From NCBI RefSeq assembly GCF_006345805.1, contig NC_043025.1, positions 744,001 to 808,000 on the forward strand: a stretch of DNA of 64,000 nucleotides, given 5' to 3'. The notes below the pieces were generated by a model. The model was not told the origin of the DNA, did not search any database, and was given only the letters and a program-made list of their open reading frames with translations. This stretch comes from Octopus sinensis. Taxonomy: Eukaryota. Positions 36,259 through 49,352 of this stretch are shown here, piece after piece. The first letter of the stretch is position 1. The number at the start of each line of letters is the position of its first letter. A program made the translations under genes and the position numbers.

Positions 36259-36685
36259 GGCACAGGAGTGGCTGTGTGGTAACGGGCTGGCTTACCAATC
36301 ACATGGTTTCAGGTTCAGTCCCACTGCATGGCACATTGGGCAAGTGTCTTCTACTATAGCCTCGGCCGACCAAAGCTTTGTGAGTGGATATGGTAGACGG
36401 AAACTGAAAGAAGCCCGTCGTATATATAATATATATATATATATGCATATTTATATATACATGTATGTATGTATGTATGTGTGTGTATATGTTTGTATGT
36501 CTGTATTTGTCGCCCAATATCACTTGGCAACCGATGCTGGTGTGTTTACGTCCTCGTAACTTGGCAAGAGACCGTTAGAATAAGTACTAGGTTTACAAAG
36601 AATAAGTCTTGAGGTCGATTTTCTCGACTAAAGGCGGTGCTCCAGCATGGCCGCAGTCAAATGACTGAAACCAGTAAAAGAGTAA
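36259..36685 (+). mobile_element. SINE family A
   Basis: Full-length match. Confidence 0.8.
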
Positions 36686-37294
36686 CAGTCACTGTGCTGT
36701 GTCTCTTATTTCTTTGCTGCCCACAAGGGGCTAAACACAGAGGGGACAAACAAGGACAGACAAAGGGATTAAGTCGATTACATCAACCCTCAGTGCGTAA
36801 CTGGTACTTTATTTATCGACCCCGAAAGGATGATAGGCAAAGTCGACCTAGGCGGAATTTGAACTCAGAACGTAACGACAGACGAAATACCTGTTTCTTT
36901 ACTGCCCACAAAGGGCTAAATATAGAGGGGACAAGCAAGGACAGACAAGGGATTAAGTCGATTACATCAACCCCCAGTGCGTAACTGGTATTTTATTTAT
37001 CGAACCCGAAAGGATAAAAGGCAAAGTCGACCTCGGCGGAAATTTTAACTCAGAACGTAACGACAGACAAAATACTGCTAAGCACTTCGCCCGGCGTGCT
37101 AACGATTCTGCCAGCTTGCCACCTTGGTTAGCTACATTACTCTGCTTATTACAGTTCGATTGGTTACAGTTCAAGCCTGAATGCTGGAATGTGCTCTGTT
37201 GATCACTGTACATCTTGAGCTGTAAATCTGCGGATCACTTCCCAGCTGGGTGGAGACACGTTACATAAATAACAAATTGATTCTATAAACTCTT

Positions 37295-37695
37295 TTACTC
37301 TTTTACTCTTTTACTTGTTTCAGTCATTTGACTGCGGCCATGCTGGAGCACCGCCTTTAGTCGAGCAAATCGACCCCGGGACTTATTCTTTGTAAGCCCA
37401 GTACTTATTCTATCGGTCTCTTTTGCCGAACCACTAAGTGACGGGGACGTAAACACACCAGCATCGGTTGTCAAGCAATGCTAGGGGTACAAACACAGAC
37501 ACACAAACACATACATATATATACATATATACGACAGGCTTCTTTCAGTTTCCATCTACCAAATCCACTCACAAGGCATTGGTCGGCCCGGGGCTGTAGC
37601 AGAAGACACTTGCCCAAGATGCCACGCAGTGGGACTGAACCCGGAACCATGTGGTTGGTTAGCAAGCTACTTACCACACAGCCACTCCTGCGCCT
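37295..37695 (-). mobile_element. SINE family A, minus strand
   Basis: Reverse complement of the family A consensus. Confidence 0.8.
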
Positions 37696-37877
37696 GAAAA
37701 AGAAAAATAACAAAAGAATCAGTGAAAAATAGAGTTTGTACAATAAAACCTCCTGTATTGGTCTTTGCTTTGATCTCATCTGCTTTGTTACTATTAAGAT
37801 TCACTCTATCAACAAGTGGCTACTTTATATAGTTTTGCAAATATCTCTATGACTATTTCATAATTAATCAACTTCAC

Positions 37878-37941
<64 letters not shown>

Positions 37942-38497
37942 ATATATATACACACACACACACATATATATATATGCACACACACAAATATATATATATA
38001 CACACACATATATATACACTCACATATATATACACTCACATATATACACACACATATACACATACACACACATATATATATATATATACACACACACATA
38101 TATACACACACACATATATATATATACACACATAAATATATATATACACACACACACATATATATACACACACATATGTATATATACACACACACACAGA
38201 TATATATATATACACACACATATATACACACACTTATATACACACACACACATATATACACACACATATACACACACACATATATATATATACACACATA
38301 TATATACACACACACACATATATATATATACACATACACACACATATATATATACACACACACATATGTATATACACACAAACACATATATACACACACT
38401 TATATACACACACACGTATATACACACACATACATACACACACATATACACACACACATATATATATACACACAAATATATATACACACACACATAT

Positions 38498-38530
<33 letters not shown>

Positions 38531-38582
38531 CACACATACACATGCATATATATACACACACATACACACACACATACATATG
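37878..38582. repeat. (TATC)n followed by mixed (TA)/(CA) microsatellite
   Basis: Direct reading. Confidence 0.95.
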
Positions 38583-39245
38583 ACAAGAAATAATTTTTGC
38601 CGCTTTTAAGATGGTTTGTAAGGCTGCAGAAAGGAAGCGCTGAAGTGTAATTGAGACAGAGAGAGATAAAGAAACATCGATCAGAGAAGAAACATGAAAT
38701 TCGATTCAACAACTTTATACATAACACCGTCCCTTATCAAACATTTGATCATATCTAAATACTACCCTGGCCTTTAAACATATAAAAAGAATATATATAT
38801 ATAAAAAATACAGAAGGTAAAAAATATACATGCAAATAAAAATACAGATATATAGAATGGCTTATCAAGAGGGTTTATATAATTGACTAAGAATTCTAAA
38901 GTGTGTCGTGCGACTAAAAACCTAAATAAAATATCAATTGACTAAAAAGATTTTTTTATTACCCTCAAACCAAAAAAAAAAGGAGAAAGTCAAAATAGTT
39001 AATTTCATAAAAACCATGGGGTACTACTTGAGAACAGTGGTCCCGGTGCGCGCACTCGCATTAGCTAGTCATGACTAGTCGATCCTTACTTTGTGTTTTT
39101 GAGTTTTATTTGCTTTGCTTAAAAAAATTATTTATTTTGTGTCCGCGCTAGCTAGTCGTGACTAGTCGATCCTACAACGACTTCCTAGCAAAGTAAATAA
39201 AACACAAAATAAATAATTTTTTGGATCTTTTCGGTTTGAACGGCA

Positions 39246-39748
39246 GTTTTTTGTAGCGGTGTCATATGAAATTGTCACCCATAATTATGACCCTAGTATC
39301 AATCTATTGCATTTCAATCTGTTTTAGGGTTAGGGGTGGGTGGAAGGGTATCGTTTTTGTTCAGAAATGTAAATAAATAGGCGCAGGAGTGGCTGTGGTA
39401 AGTAGCTTGCTTACCAACCACATGGTTCCGAGTTCAGTCCCACTGCGTGGCACCTTGGGCAAGTGTCTTCTACTATTGAGAAAATTCTATATGTTGTAAG
39501 ATATTTCGACTTTAATTTCGAGCATTTCAGCAATTTTAACATTCCCTGCTATATGAATACGTCCCTCGTTTAAGAAGAAGATTGGGTTTATTTACATTTG
39601 TGAAGAGTAAAAGATACCCTTCGCCCACCCCTAACCCTAACCCTAACCATAACTCTAAACCTAACCCTAAAATAGATTGAAATGCAATAGATCGATACTA
39701 GGGTCATAATCATGGGTGACAATTTCTATTCACACCGCTAGAAAAAAA
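39246..39748. mobile_element. Fold-back element with ~130-bp TIRs containing telomere-like repeats; SINE A fragment nested at 39380-39477
   Basis: TAGCGGTG...ATTGTCACCCATAATTATGACCCTAGTATC...TTTAGGGTTAGGGGTGGG is the reverse complement of CCCACCCCTAACCCTAA...GATACTAGGGTCATAATCATGGGTGACAAT...CACCGCTA. Confidence 0.8.
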
Positions 39749-39767
39749 TCCCATTTTCGGTAGCGAG

Positions 39768-40973
39768 GGAGATGGATAGACAGAGAGGGAGAGAGAGGGG
39801 GAGATAGATAGATAGAGAGAGTGAGATAGAGAGAGAGGGGGATGGATAAAGAGAGAGAGAGGTAGATGGCTAGAGAGGGAGGAGATAGATAGCTAGAGAG
39901 AGAGGGAGATCAATAGATAGAGAGAGGGGGAGATGGATAGATAGATAGAGAGGGAGATAGATATAGAGTGAGGGAGATAGATAAATAGAGAGAGGGGCAG
40001 GTGAATAGATAGAGAGAGAGGGAGATAGATATATATAGAGAGAGGGAGATAGAGAGAGAGAGGGAGATAGAGAGAGGTGGAGATGGATACAGAGAGAGGG
40101 AGATAGATAGCTAGAGAGAGAGGGAGATCAATAGATAGAGAGAGGGGGAGATAGATAGATAGATAGAGTGAGATAGAGAGAGAGGGGGATGGATAAAGAG
40201 AGAGGGAGGTAGATGGCTAGAGAGGGAGGAGATAGATAGCTAGAGAGAGAGGGAGATCAATAGATAGAGAGAGGGGGAGATGGATAGATAGATAGAGAGG
40301 GAGATAGATATAGAGTGAGGGAGATAGATAAATAGAGAGAGGGGGAGGTGGATAGATAGAGAGAGAGGGAGATAGATATAGAGAGAGAGGGAGATAGAGA
40401 GAGAGAGGGAGATAGAGAGAGGTGGAGATGGATACAGAGAGAGGGAGATAGATAGCTAGAGAGAGAGGGAGATCAATAGATAGAGAGAGGGGGAGATAGA
40501 TAGATAGATAGAGAGGGAGATAGATATAGAGAGAGGGAGATAGATAGAGAGAGGGAGATAGAGAGAGGGGGGATGGATAAAGAGAGAGGGAGATAGATAG
40601 ATAGAGAGAGGGGGAGATGGATAGATAGAGAGAGAGGGGGGAGATAGATAGATAGAGAGAGAGGGAGATAAATAGATAGAGATAGGGGGAGATAGATAGA
40701 GAGAGAGAGAGGGAGAGAGATTGATAGAGAGAGGGGGAGATAGATAGATAGAGAGAGAAAGGGAGATGGATAGAGAAAGGAGATAGATATCTAGAGAGAG
40801 AGGGAGATAAATAGATAGAGAGAGGGGGAGATAGAGGGAGAGAGAGGGAGATAGGTAGAGAGAGCGGGAGATAGATAGCTAGAGAGAGAGATAGAGAGAG
40901 AGGGAGATAAAAAGATAGAGAGAGGGGGAGATATATAGTAGAGAGAGAGGGGGAGATAGATAGAAAGATAACG

Positions 40974-41008
<35 letters not shown>

Positions 41009-41178
41009 GAGAAGGACAGACCGATAGAGAGAGAGAAAGACAGATGGATAGAGAGAAAGATAGAGAGAGAAATAGTATGTAAATAGATAGAGAGAGAGAG
41101 AGACAGATAGATAGAGAGACAGAGAGAGAGAGATAGAGAGAGAGACAGATAGACAGATATAGATAGGTAGGCAGAGAG
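39768..41178. repeat. Polypurine (GA/GATA) tract with ~345-bp internal duplication
   Basis: The block beginning GTGAGATAGAGAGAGAGGGGGATGGATAAAG occurs at ~39821 and ~40167. Confidence 0.85.
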
Positions 41179-41703
41179 ACGTTTAAAAGCATGGATGTCA
41201 GTGTATATACAACTTAATCTACGTTGGTGATTTCATCAATTTGTCTGTTTATGTCTGGGTAACGAATCTCTATGTTCTACTGTAACAGTAATAATAACAT
41301 ATAAACATGCATCTATCCACCTATCCATACACAGATACGTAAACTCTATCTTATGACAAGATATAAGACAAGAAAAATCTTTACCTTACCGAAAGACAGA
41401 ATATTTCCAGGTGTAGGAGTCCTAAAAGCCATTTCAGTCTGGCTCTGGTTCGCGCGGATGAATAAATTGTATTCAGTTCTTAAGAATATATTTAATGTTA
41501 AGCAGGAGGTCATTCAGGGCAGCCAATAAAGCGACTCATTGTATTTTCTCTTTGTTGGATCGCCTTTCATTCTTATCTCTCAAATATCCTGTCAGCCTTC
41601 CACTCGCGGGAATTTCTGAAATTAAAGCTGTGACCTAGTTTTACCCTAATTGTCCAAAGAGCTATGTGTATATGTATGTGTGTGTGTATGTAAAGACAGA
41701 CAG

Positions 41704-41737
<34 letters not shown>

Positions 41738-41894
41738 AGAAGGGGTGGGCAACACCTACGTATGTTGATTGTATATTATTAACCCATTGAAATCGTTTTG
41801 GATTTCGTGAGCGATAAAAGCCGAACACATTTTGTTGTTAAAGGCGCGGTTTTATTGGCCAACGTCTATGCATTGTAGTAACATGATCACGCAC

Positions 41895-41933
<39 letters not shown>

Positions 41934-42440
41934 CACAATTCACACGCAAACATACTTATGTATTATGTATATATATATATAGATACGTGTGTGTGTGTGT
42001 TGTGTGTGTGTGTGTGTGTGTGTATTATACATGCATGGCAGAAACGTTAGCAGTCCGGGCGAAATGCGTAGCCGTATTTCGTCTGTCGTTACGTTGTGAG
42101 TTCAAATTCCGCGCAGGTCGACATTGCCTTTCAGCCTTTTGGGGTCGATAAATTAAGTACCAGTTACGCACTGGTGTCGATGTAATCGACTTAATACCTA
42201 TGTCTGTCCTTGTTTGTCCCCTCTATGTTTGGCCCCTTGTCGGTAATAAAGAAATAGGTATTTCGTCTGTCGTTACGTTGTGAGTTCAAATTTCGCCGAG
42301 GTCGACTTTGCCTTTCAGCCTTTCGGGGTCGATAAATTAAGTACCAGTTACGCACTGGTGTCGATGTAATCGACTTAATCCCTTTGTCTGTCCTTGTTTG
42401 TCCCCTCTATGTTTGGCCCCTTGTGGGCAATAAAGAAATA

Positions 42441-42511
<71 letters not shown>

Positions 42512-42634
42512 GTGTGTGAGAGTGTATAGTTAATGAAATATATTCAATGAGAATACAATATACCGAATTTCAAATAAATGCTCTTGGTAGGGGAATGTCT
42601 AAAGCATTAAAGATATTTAGACATAATATATTCT

Positions 42635-42685
<51 letters not shown>

Positions 42686-42807
42686 TTAATAATATAAGGG
42701 TAAAGAATTATTAATTTTAAAAAACCAACAATTATTCCCGGGTAGATTTCGGTATGTAAATATAACTATTATCGGTAGGAACTTTTTTTTAAAATTATAT
42801 ATATATA

Positions 42808-43035
42808 TATATAAAAGAGCAAGCAACAGGTTGCTTAGCCACATACCGAAAAAATAAGAAATAGCAGTCAAAGACCGTTTATTTCTATTTTATACAAATA
42901 TAAAATAGAAATAAACGGTCTTTGACTGCTATTTCTAGTGGAGTTATATTTGCATAAAATAGAAATAAACGGTTTTTGACTGCTATTTCTAATTTTTTGG
43001 TATGTGGCTAAGCGACCTGTCTCTTGCCCTTTTAT
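42808..43035. mobile_element. Small fold-back MITE with nested palindrome
   Basis: Outer ~85-bp inverted arms between TA runs; inner perfect ~36-bp palindrome at ~42857-42936. Confidence 0.8.
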
Positions 43036-43243
43036 ATATATATATATCACCATCATCATCATCATCGTTTAGCATCCGCTTTCCATGCTAGTATGGGTTG
43101 GAGGGTTCAACTGGGGTCTGGGAAGCACTAGGCCCACTCTGATCTGGCACTGTTTCTACGGCTGGATGCTCTTCCTAACGCTAACCACTCCGTGAGTGTA
43201 GTGGGTGCTTTTTACGTGCCACCAGCACAGGTGCCAGGCGAAG

Positions 43244-45837
43244 CTGGCAACGGCCACAATCGGATGGTGCCTTTTATGTACCACCGGCACGGAGGCCAGT
43301 CGGGCGGCGCTGGCAACGGCCACAATCGGATGGTGCCTTTTATGTACCACCGGCACGGAGGCCAGTCGGGCGGCGCTGGCAACGGCCACAGTCGGATGGT
43401 GCCTTTTATGTACCACCGGCACGGAGGCCAGTCGGGCGGCGCTGGCAACGGCCACAATCGGATGGTGCCTTTTATGTACCGCCGGCACGGAGGCCAGTCG
43501 GGCGGCGCTGGCAACGGCCACAATCGGATGGTGCCTTTTATGTACACCGGCACGGAGGCGGCAGTCGGGCGGCGCTGGCAACGGCCACAATCGGATGGGC
43601 CTTTTATGTAACCACCGGCACGGAGGCCAGTCGGGGCGGCGCTGGCAACGGCCACAATCGGATGGTGCCTTTTATGTACCACCGGCACGGAGGCCAGTCG
43701 GGCGGAGCTGGCAACGGCCACAATCGGATGGTGCCTTTTATGTACCACCGGCACGGAGGCCAGTCGGGCGGCGCTGGCAACGGCCACAATCGGATGGTGC
43801 CTTTTATGTACCACCGGCACGGAGGCCAGTCGGGCGGCGCTGGCAACGGCCACAATCGGATGGTGCCTTTTATAACCACCGGCACGGAGGCCAGTCGGGC
43901 GGCGCTGGCAACGGCCACAATCGGATGGTGCCTTTTATGTACCACCGGCACGGAGGCCAGTTGGGGCGGCGCTGGCAACGACCACAATCGGATGGTGCCT
44001 TTTATGTACCACCGGCACGGAGGCCAGTCGGGCGGCGCGGCAACGGCCACAATCGGATGGTGCCTTTTATGTACCACCGGCACGGAGGCCAGTCGGGCGG
44101 CGCTGGCAACGGCCACAATCGGATGGTGCCTTTTATGTACCACCGGCACGGAGGCCAGTCGGGCGGCGCTGGCAACGGCCACAATCGGATGGTGCCTTTT
44201 ATGTACCACCGGCACGGAGGCCAGTCGGGCGGCGCTGGCAACGGCCACAATCGGATGGTGCCTTTTATGTACCACCGGCACGGAGGCCAGTCGGGCGGCG
44301 CTGGGCACGGCAACGCCACAATCGGATGGTGCCTTTTATAACCACCGGCACGGAGGCCAGTCGGGCGGCGCTGGCAACGGCCACAATCGGATGGTGCCTT
44401 TTATGTACCACCGGCACGGAGGCCAGTTGGGGCGGCGCTGGCAACGACCACAATCGGATGGTGCCTTTTATGTACCACCGGCACGGAGGCCAGTCGGGCG
44501 GGCGCGGCAACGGCCACAATCGGATGGTGCCTTTATGTACCACCGGCACGGAGGCCAGTCGGGGGCGGCGCTGGCAACGGCACAATCGGATGGTGCCTTT
44601 TATGTACCACCGGCACGGAGGCCAGTCGGGCGGCGCTGGCAACGGCCACAATCGGATGGTGCCTTTTATGTACCACCGGCACGGAGGCCAGTCGGGCGGC
44701 GCTGGCAACGGCCACAATCGGATGGTGCCTTTTATGTACCACCGGCACGGAGGCCAGTCGGGCGGCGCTGGCAACGGCCACAATCGGATGGTGCCTTTTA
44801 TGTACCACCGGCACGGAGGCCAGTCGGGCGGCGCTGGCAACGGCCACAATCGGATGGTGCCTTTATGTACCACCGGCACGGAGGCCAGTCGGGCGGCGCT
44901 GGCAACGGCCACAATCGGATGGTGCCTTTTATGTACCACCGGCACGGAGGCCAGTCGGGCGGCGCTGGCAACGGCCACAATCGGGTGGTGCCTTTTATGT
45001 ACCACCGGCACTGAGGCCAGTCGGGCGGCGCTGGCAACGGCCACAATCGGATGGTGTCTTTTATGTACCACCGGCTCGGAGGCCTGTCGGGCGGCGCTGG
45101 CAACGGCCACAATCGGATGGTGCCTTTTATGTACCACCGGCACGGAGGCCACTCGGCGGCGCTGGCAACGGCCACAATCGGATGGTGCCTTTATGTACCA
45201 CGGCACGGAGGCCAGTCGGGCGCGATGGCAACGGCCACAATCGGATGGTGCCTTTTATGTACCACCGGCACGGAGGCCAGTCGGGGCGGCGCTGGCAACG
45301 GCCACAATCGGATGGTGACTTTTATGTACCACCGGCACGGAAGCCAGTCGGGCGTCGCTGGCAACGGCCACAATCGGATGGTGCCTTTTATGTACCACCG
45401 GCACGGAGGCCAGTCGGGGCGGCGCTGGCAACGGCCACAATCGGATGGTGCCTTTTATGTACCACCGGCACGGAGGCCAGTCGGGCGGCGCTGGCAACGG
45501 CCACAATCGGATGGTGCCTTTTATGTACCACCGGCACGGAGGCCAGTCGGGGCGGCGCTGGCAACGGCCACAATCGGATGGTGCCTTTTATGTACCACCG
45601 GCACGGAGGCCTGTCGGGCGGCGCTGGCAACGGCCAGAATCGGATGGTGCCTTTTATGTACCACCGGCACGGAGGCCAGTCGAGCGGCGCTGGCAACGGC
45701 CACAATCGGATGGTGCCTTTTTATGTACAACGGCACGGAGGCCAGTGGGGCGCGCTGGCAACGGCCACAATCGGATGGTGCCTTTTATGTACCACCGGCA
45801 CGGAGGCCAGTCGGGGCGGCGCTGGCAACGGCCACAT
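43244..45837. repeat. GC-rich tandem array, ~39 x 66 bp, inside a family D SINE-like element
   Basis: Unit GGCACGGAGGCCAGTCGGGCGGCGCTGGCAACGGCCACAATCGGATGGTGCCTTTTATGTACCACC; CGGATGG at 43261 and 43327. Confidence 0.95.
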
Positions 45838-46144
45838 TCGGATGTTTCTCTTACGTGCCACCGGCACTGGTATCACAGCAACAATTTCCACTGATGTTGA
45901 TCGATTTCGATTTTGATTGTGATTTTGATTTTGATTCTCACTTGCCTCAACAGGTCTTCGCAAGTAGAGTTTGTGTCCCAAGAAGGAAAGGTATGCATAC
46001 GTGGACTGGCTACATCCCTAGTAGAGGCCACGGGTTATGGTCTCACTTGTCCTTCCGGGTCTTCCCACGCACAGCATACTTCCAAAGGTTTCGGTCTCTC
46101 GTCATTTCCTCGGTGAGACCTAAAGTTCGAAGGTCATATATACA

Positions 46145-46195
<51 letters not shown>

Positions 46196-46359
46196 AGGTA
46201 TCTATCTATCTATCTATCTAAATGCATGCTAGTGTGTGTATATTTGTACGTATATACATTTGCTGAAATCATATATATATATATGATTTCAGCAAATGTA
46301 TACGTACAAATATACAAATATACAAATATACAAGGAGTAAAAGACTCTGTATATATATA

Positions 46360-46589
46360 TATTTTTTTTGTACTTGTTTCAGTCATTTGACTGTGGCCAT
46401 GCTGAGAGCACCGCCTTTAGAGTGGTTGAAAGAGTACTACAGCAGGGATCACCACCATCCTGCCGGCGGAGCCTCGTGGAGCTTTTATGTGTTTTCGCTC
46501 AATAAACACACACAACGCCCGGTCTGGGAATCGAAACCGCGATCCTCCGACCGCAAGTCCGCTGCCCTAACCACTGGGCCATTGCGCCT

Positions 46590-46639
<50 letters not shown>

Positions 46640-47042
46640 GTATGTATATATATATACAGAGTCTTTTACTCCTTTACTTGTTTCAGTCATTTTGACTGTG
46701 GCCATTTTGACTGGAACACCGCCTTTAGTCGAGTAAGTCGACCCCAGGACTTATTCTTTGTAAGCCTAGTACCTATTCTATAGATCTCTTTTGCCAAAGT
46801 GTTAGGTTACGTGGACATAAACACACCACCATCGGTGGTCAAGCGATACTGGACACACACACACACACACGCAAACATATATACGACGGGCTTCTTTCAG
46901 TTTCCGTCTACCAAATGCACCCACAAGGCTTTGGTCGGCCTGAGGCTATAGTAGAAGACACTTGCCCAAGGTGCCACGCAGTGGGACTGAACCCGGAACC
47001 ATGTGGTCCATAGAAGATACTTACCGCACAACCACTCCTGCA
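46360..47042 (-). mobile_element. Nested SINEs: family A with a tRNA-SINE (GGAGGCGCAATGGCCCAGTGG...) at 46425-46592
   Basis: Family A 3' end appears twice around the inserted element; heads are on the minus strand. Confidence 0.7.
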
Positions 47043-47578
47043 CCTATATACATATCTATATTTATATATATATATATTATATATATATATATATATATAT
47101 TATAAATGAAAAATGCATTAAATGCTACAAAACGTACGCATAGGACATATGTACATACAAACATACATATATGTGTGTGTATGTATAAATATATATGTAT
47201 GTACGTATCTATGCGTGTATGTTTAACTAGCTAGATAGATAAACTGATGGATATGTACTCACACGTCCTGCTTTTCTAAAAGTGACCTAAAATGTTTATC
47301 TAAGATGTGAAAAGGGACAAGTTTCTTTAGATTAATATGGTTATAGAAATTTCAGGAATTTAATGAGTGAAAATTGATATATATATATACATATATACGA
47401 CGGGCTTCTTTCAGTTTCCGTCTACCAAATCCATTCACTAGTTTTTGGTCGGCCAGAGGCTATGGTAGAAGACACTTGCCCAAGCTACCACACAATGGGA
47501 CTGAGCCCAGAACCATGTGGTTGGTAAACAAGCTACTTACCACACAGCCACTCCTGATATATATATATATATATATAT

Positions 47579-47631
<53 letters not shown>

Positions 47632-49141
47632 GTGTGTATGTATGTATATATAAGAATGAATGTTTTATATATAATGAACGTGAAATACAGGAAGGGACGA
47701 ACACGGAACACAGACAAATCATTCGAAGCCTTCAATCTTCAGTCAGACACCGAATCATCATAGCAATTTCGGTGTTCAATTCTGATATTTGCTCCAACTC
47801 GGCCAGCCCCAAGAAAAAAAACTAAGCTGTAAAGCATTAGATTTCTTGGTAGAAGAGAGGAATGTGAACGCACAAGACGGATGTGAATACAAGAGACGAA
47901 AACGAAATTGAAAACAGTAATGAAAAAACAAAATGTATATAACGGTGGTTGTCATACGACTTTAGACCAAATGAGACAAAACAACAACATAGCAGCTGGC
48001 GTAGAAATAATTACCGTTTCGGTAGCGGGGACACATGTTGGTCGAGATACGAAGGCCAACAGAATGGTTGAAGAAGCAGCAGGTCAGGAGAGAGAAAGAG
48101 AGACAGAGAGAGAGGGAATCAAAGAGGGTGGAAGGCAGGGGACAGAATCAGTGACCAAGAGAGAAGGAGAAGAAGGATTAAGGAGGATGGGAGGAAGAGG
48201 GGAGGAGGATGGGAGGAAGAGAGGGGAAGAATCGGAGGGCGCCAAAAAAGTTTGGTGAAGAAGCAATGGCGGGTAGTAAAAGACAGTGTGTATAGAAGTC
48301 GTGCAGGGTTTAAAATTGGACAAACAAACGGGGGGGGGGTGCACGTAACGCCGCAATAATATAAGAATGAATGTTTTTATATATAATGAACGTGAAATAC
48401 AGGAAGGGACGAACACGGAACACAGACAAATCATTCGAAGCCTTCAATCTTCAGTCAGACACCGAATCATCATAGCAAATTTCGGCTGTTCAATTCTGAT
48501 ATTTGCTCCAACTCGGCCAGCCCCAAGAAAAAAAATTAAGCTGTAAGCATTAGATTTCGTGAATGAATTATCCTATGTTTACCGTCAGCATGGAAAATTC
48601 GATGAACCGATACCAGGGTAGCAAATTCACGTGAGAAACATGATTGAAGCGACCTATCCAAGGGTATAAACTCCGGGTTCATGTGCAGAAATTTGTGTTA
48701 TATATGAATAAATAAAAGAATGGAGTCGAACGAAGATGTTAGCAAAATTCCTTTACTCTCGACATATGTTTCGAAGACAACATAGTTTCATTCCAAAGGA
48801 ATAAAGGGTGCAAGATGCAATCATTTATTTATTCATATATATATGTATATCACCATCATCATTGTTTAACGTCCGTTTTCCATGCTAGTATGGGTTGGAC
48901 GGTTCGACCGGGGTCTGGGAAGCCAAGAGGCTGCACCAGGCTCTAGTCTGACTTCGCAGTGTTTCTACAGCTGGATGCCCCTCCTAACACCGACAACTCA
49001 TTGAGTGTAGTGGGTGCTTCTTACGTGCCGCAGGTGCCAGGCGAGGCTTGCAACGGACACTATTGCTCGGTGCTTATGTGCCATTGGCACGGAAGCCAGT
49101 CAAGGCGGCGCTGGCTCGGCCACGATTCGGACGGTGCTTTT

Positions 49142-49209
<68 letters not shown>

Positions 49210-49278
49210 TAATAATAATGATAATGATAACAATAATAATAATAATAATAATAAATAATAATAATAATAATAATAATG

Positions 49279-49310
<32 letters not shown>

Positions 49311-49352
49311 TATAATAATGATAATAATAAGAATAATAATAATAATAATAAT

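Noticed and set aside
39626-39670. (CCCTAA)n as a true telomere or chromosome fusion site
   Set aside because: Short, degenerate and embedded in one arm of an inverted-repeat element.
43156-46232. Long overlapping ORFs (up to 450 aa) on both strands
   Set aside because: By-products of a 66-bp stop-poor tandem unit; frames switch at indels and there are no splice or start context signals.
47715-47750. CTGAAGA...TTCGAA hammerhead-like string on the minus strand (also ~48430-48460)
   Set aside because: No complete GAAA and no valid stems I-III.
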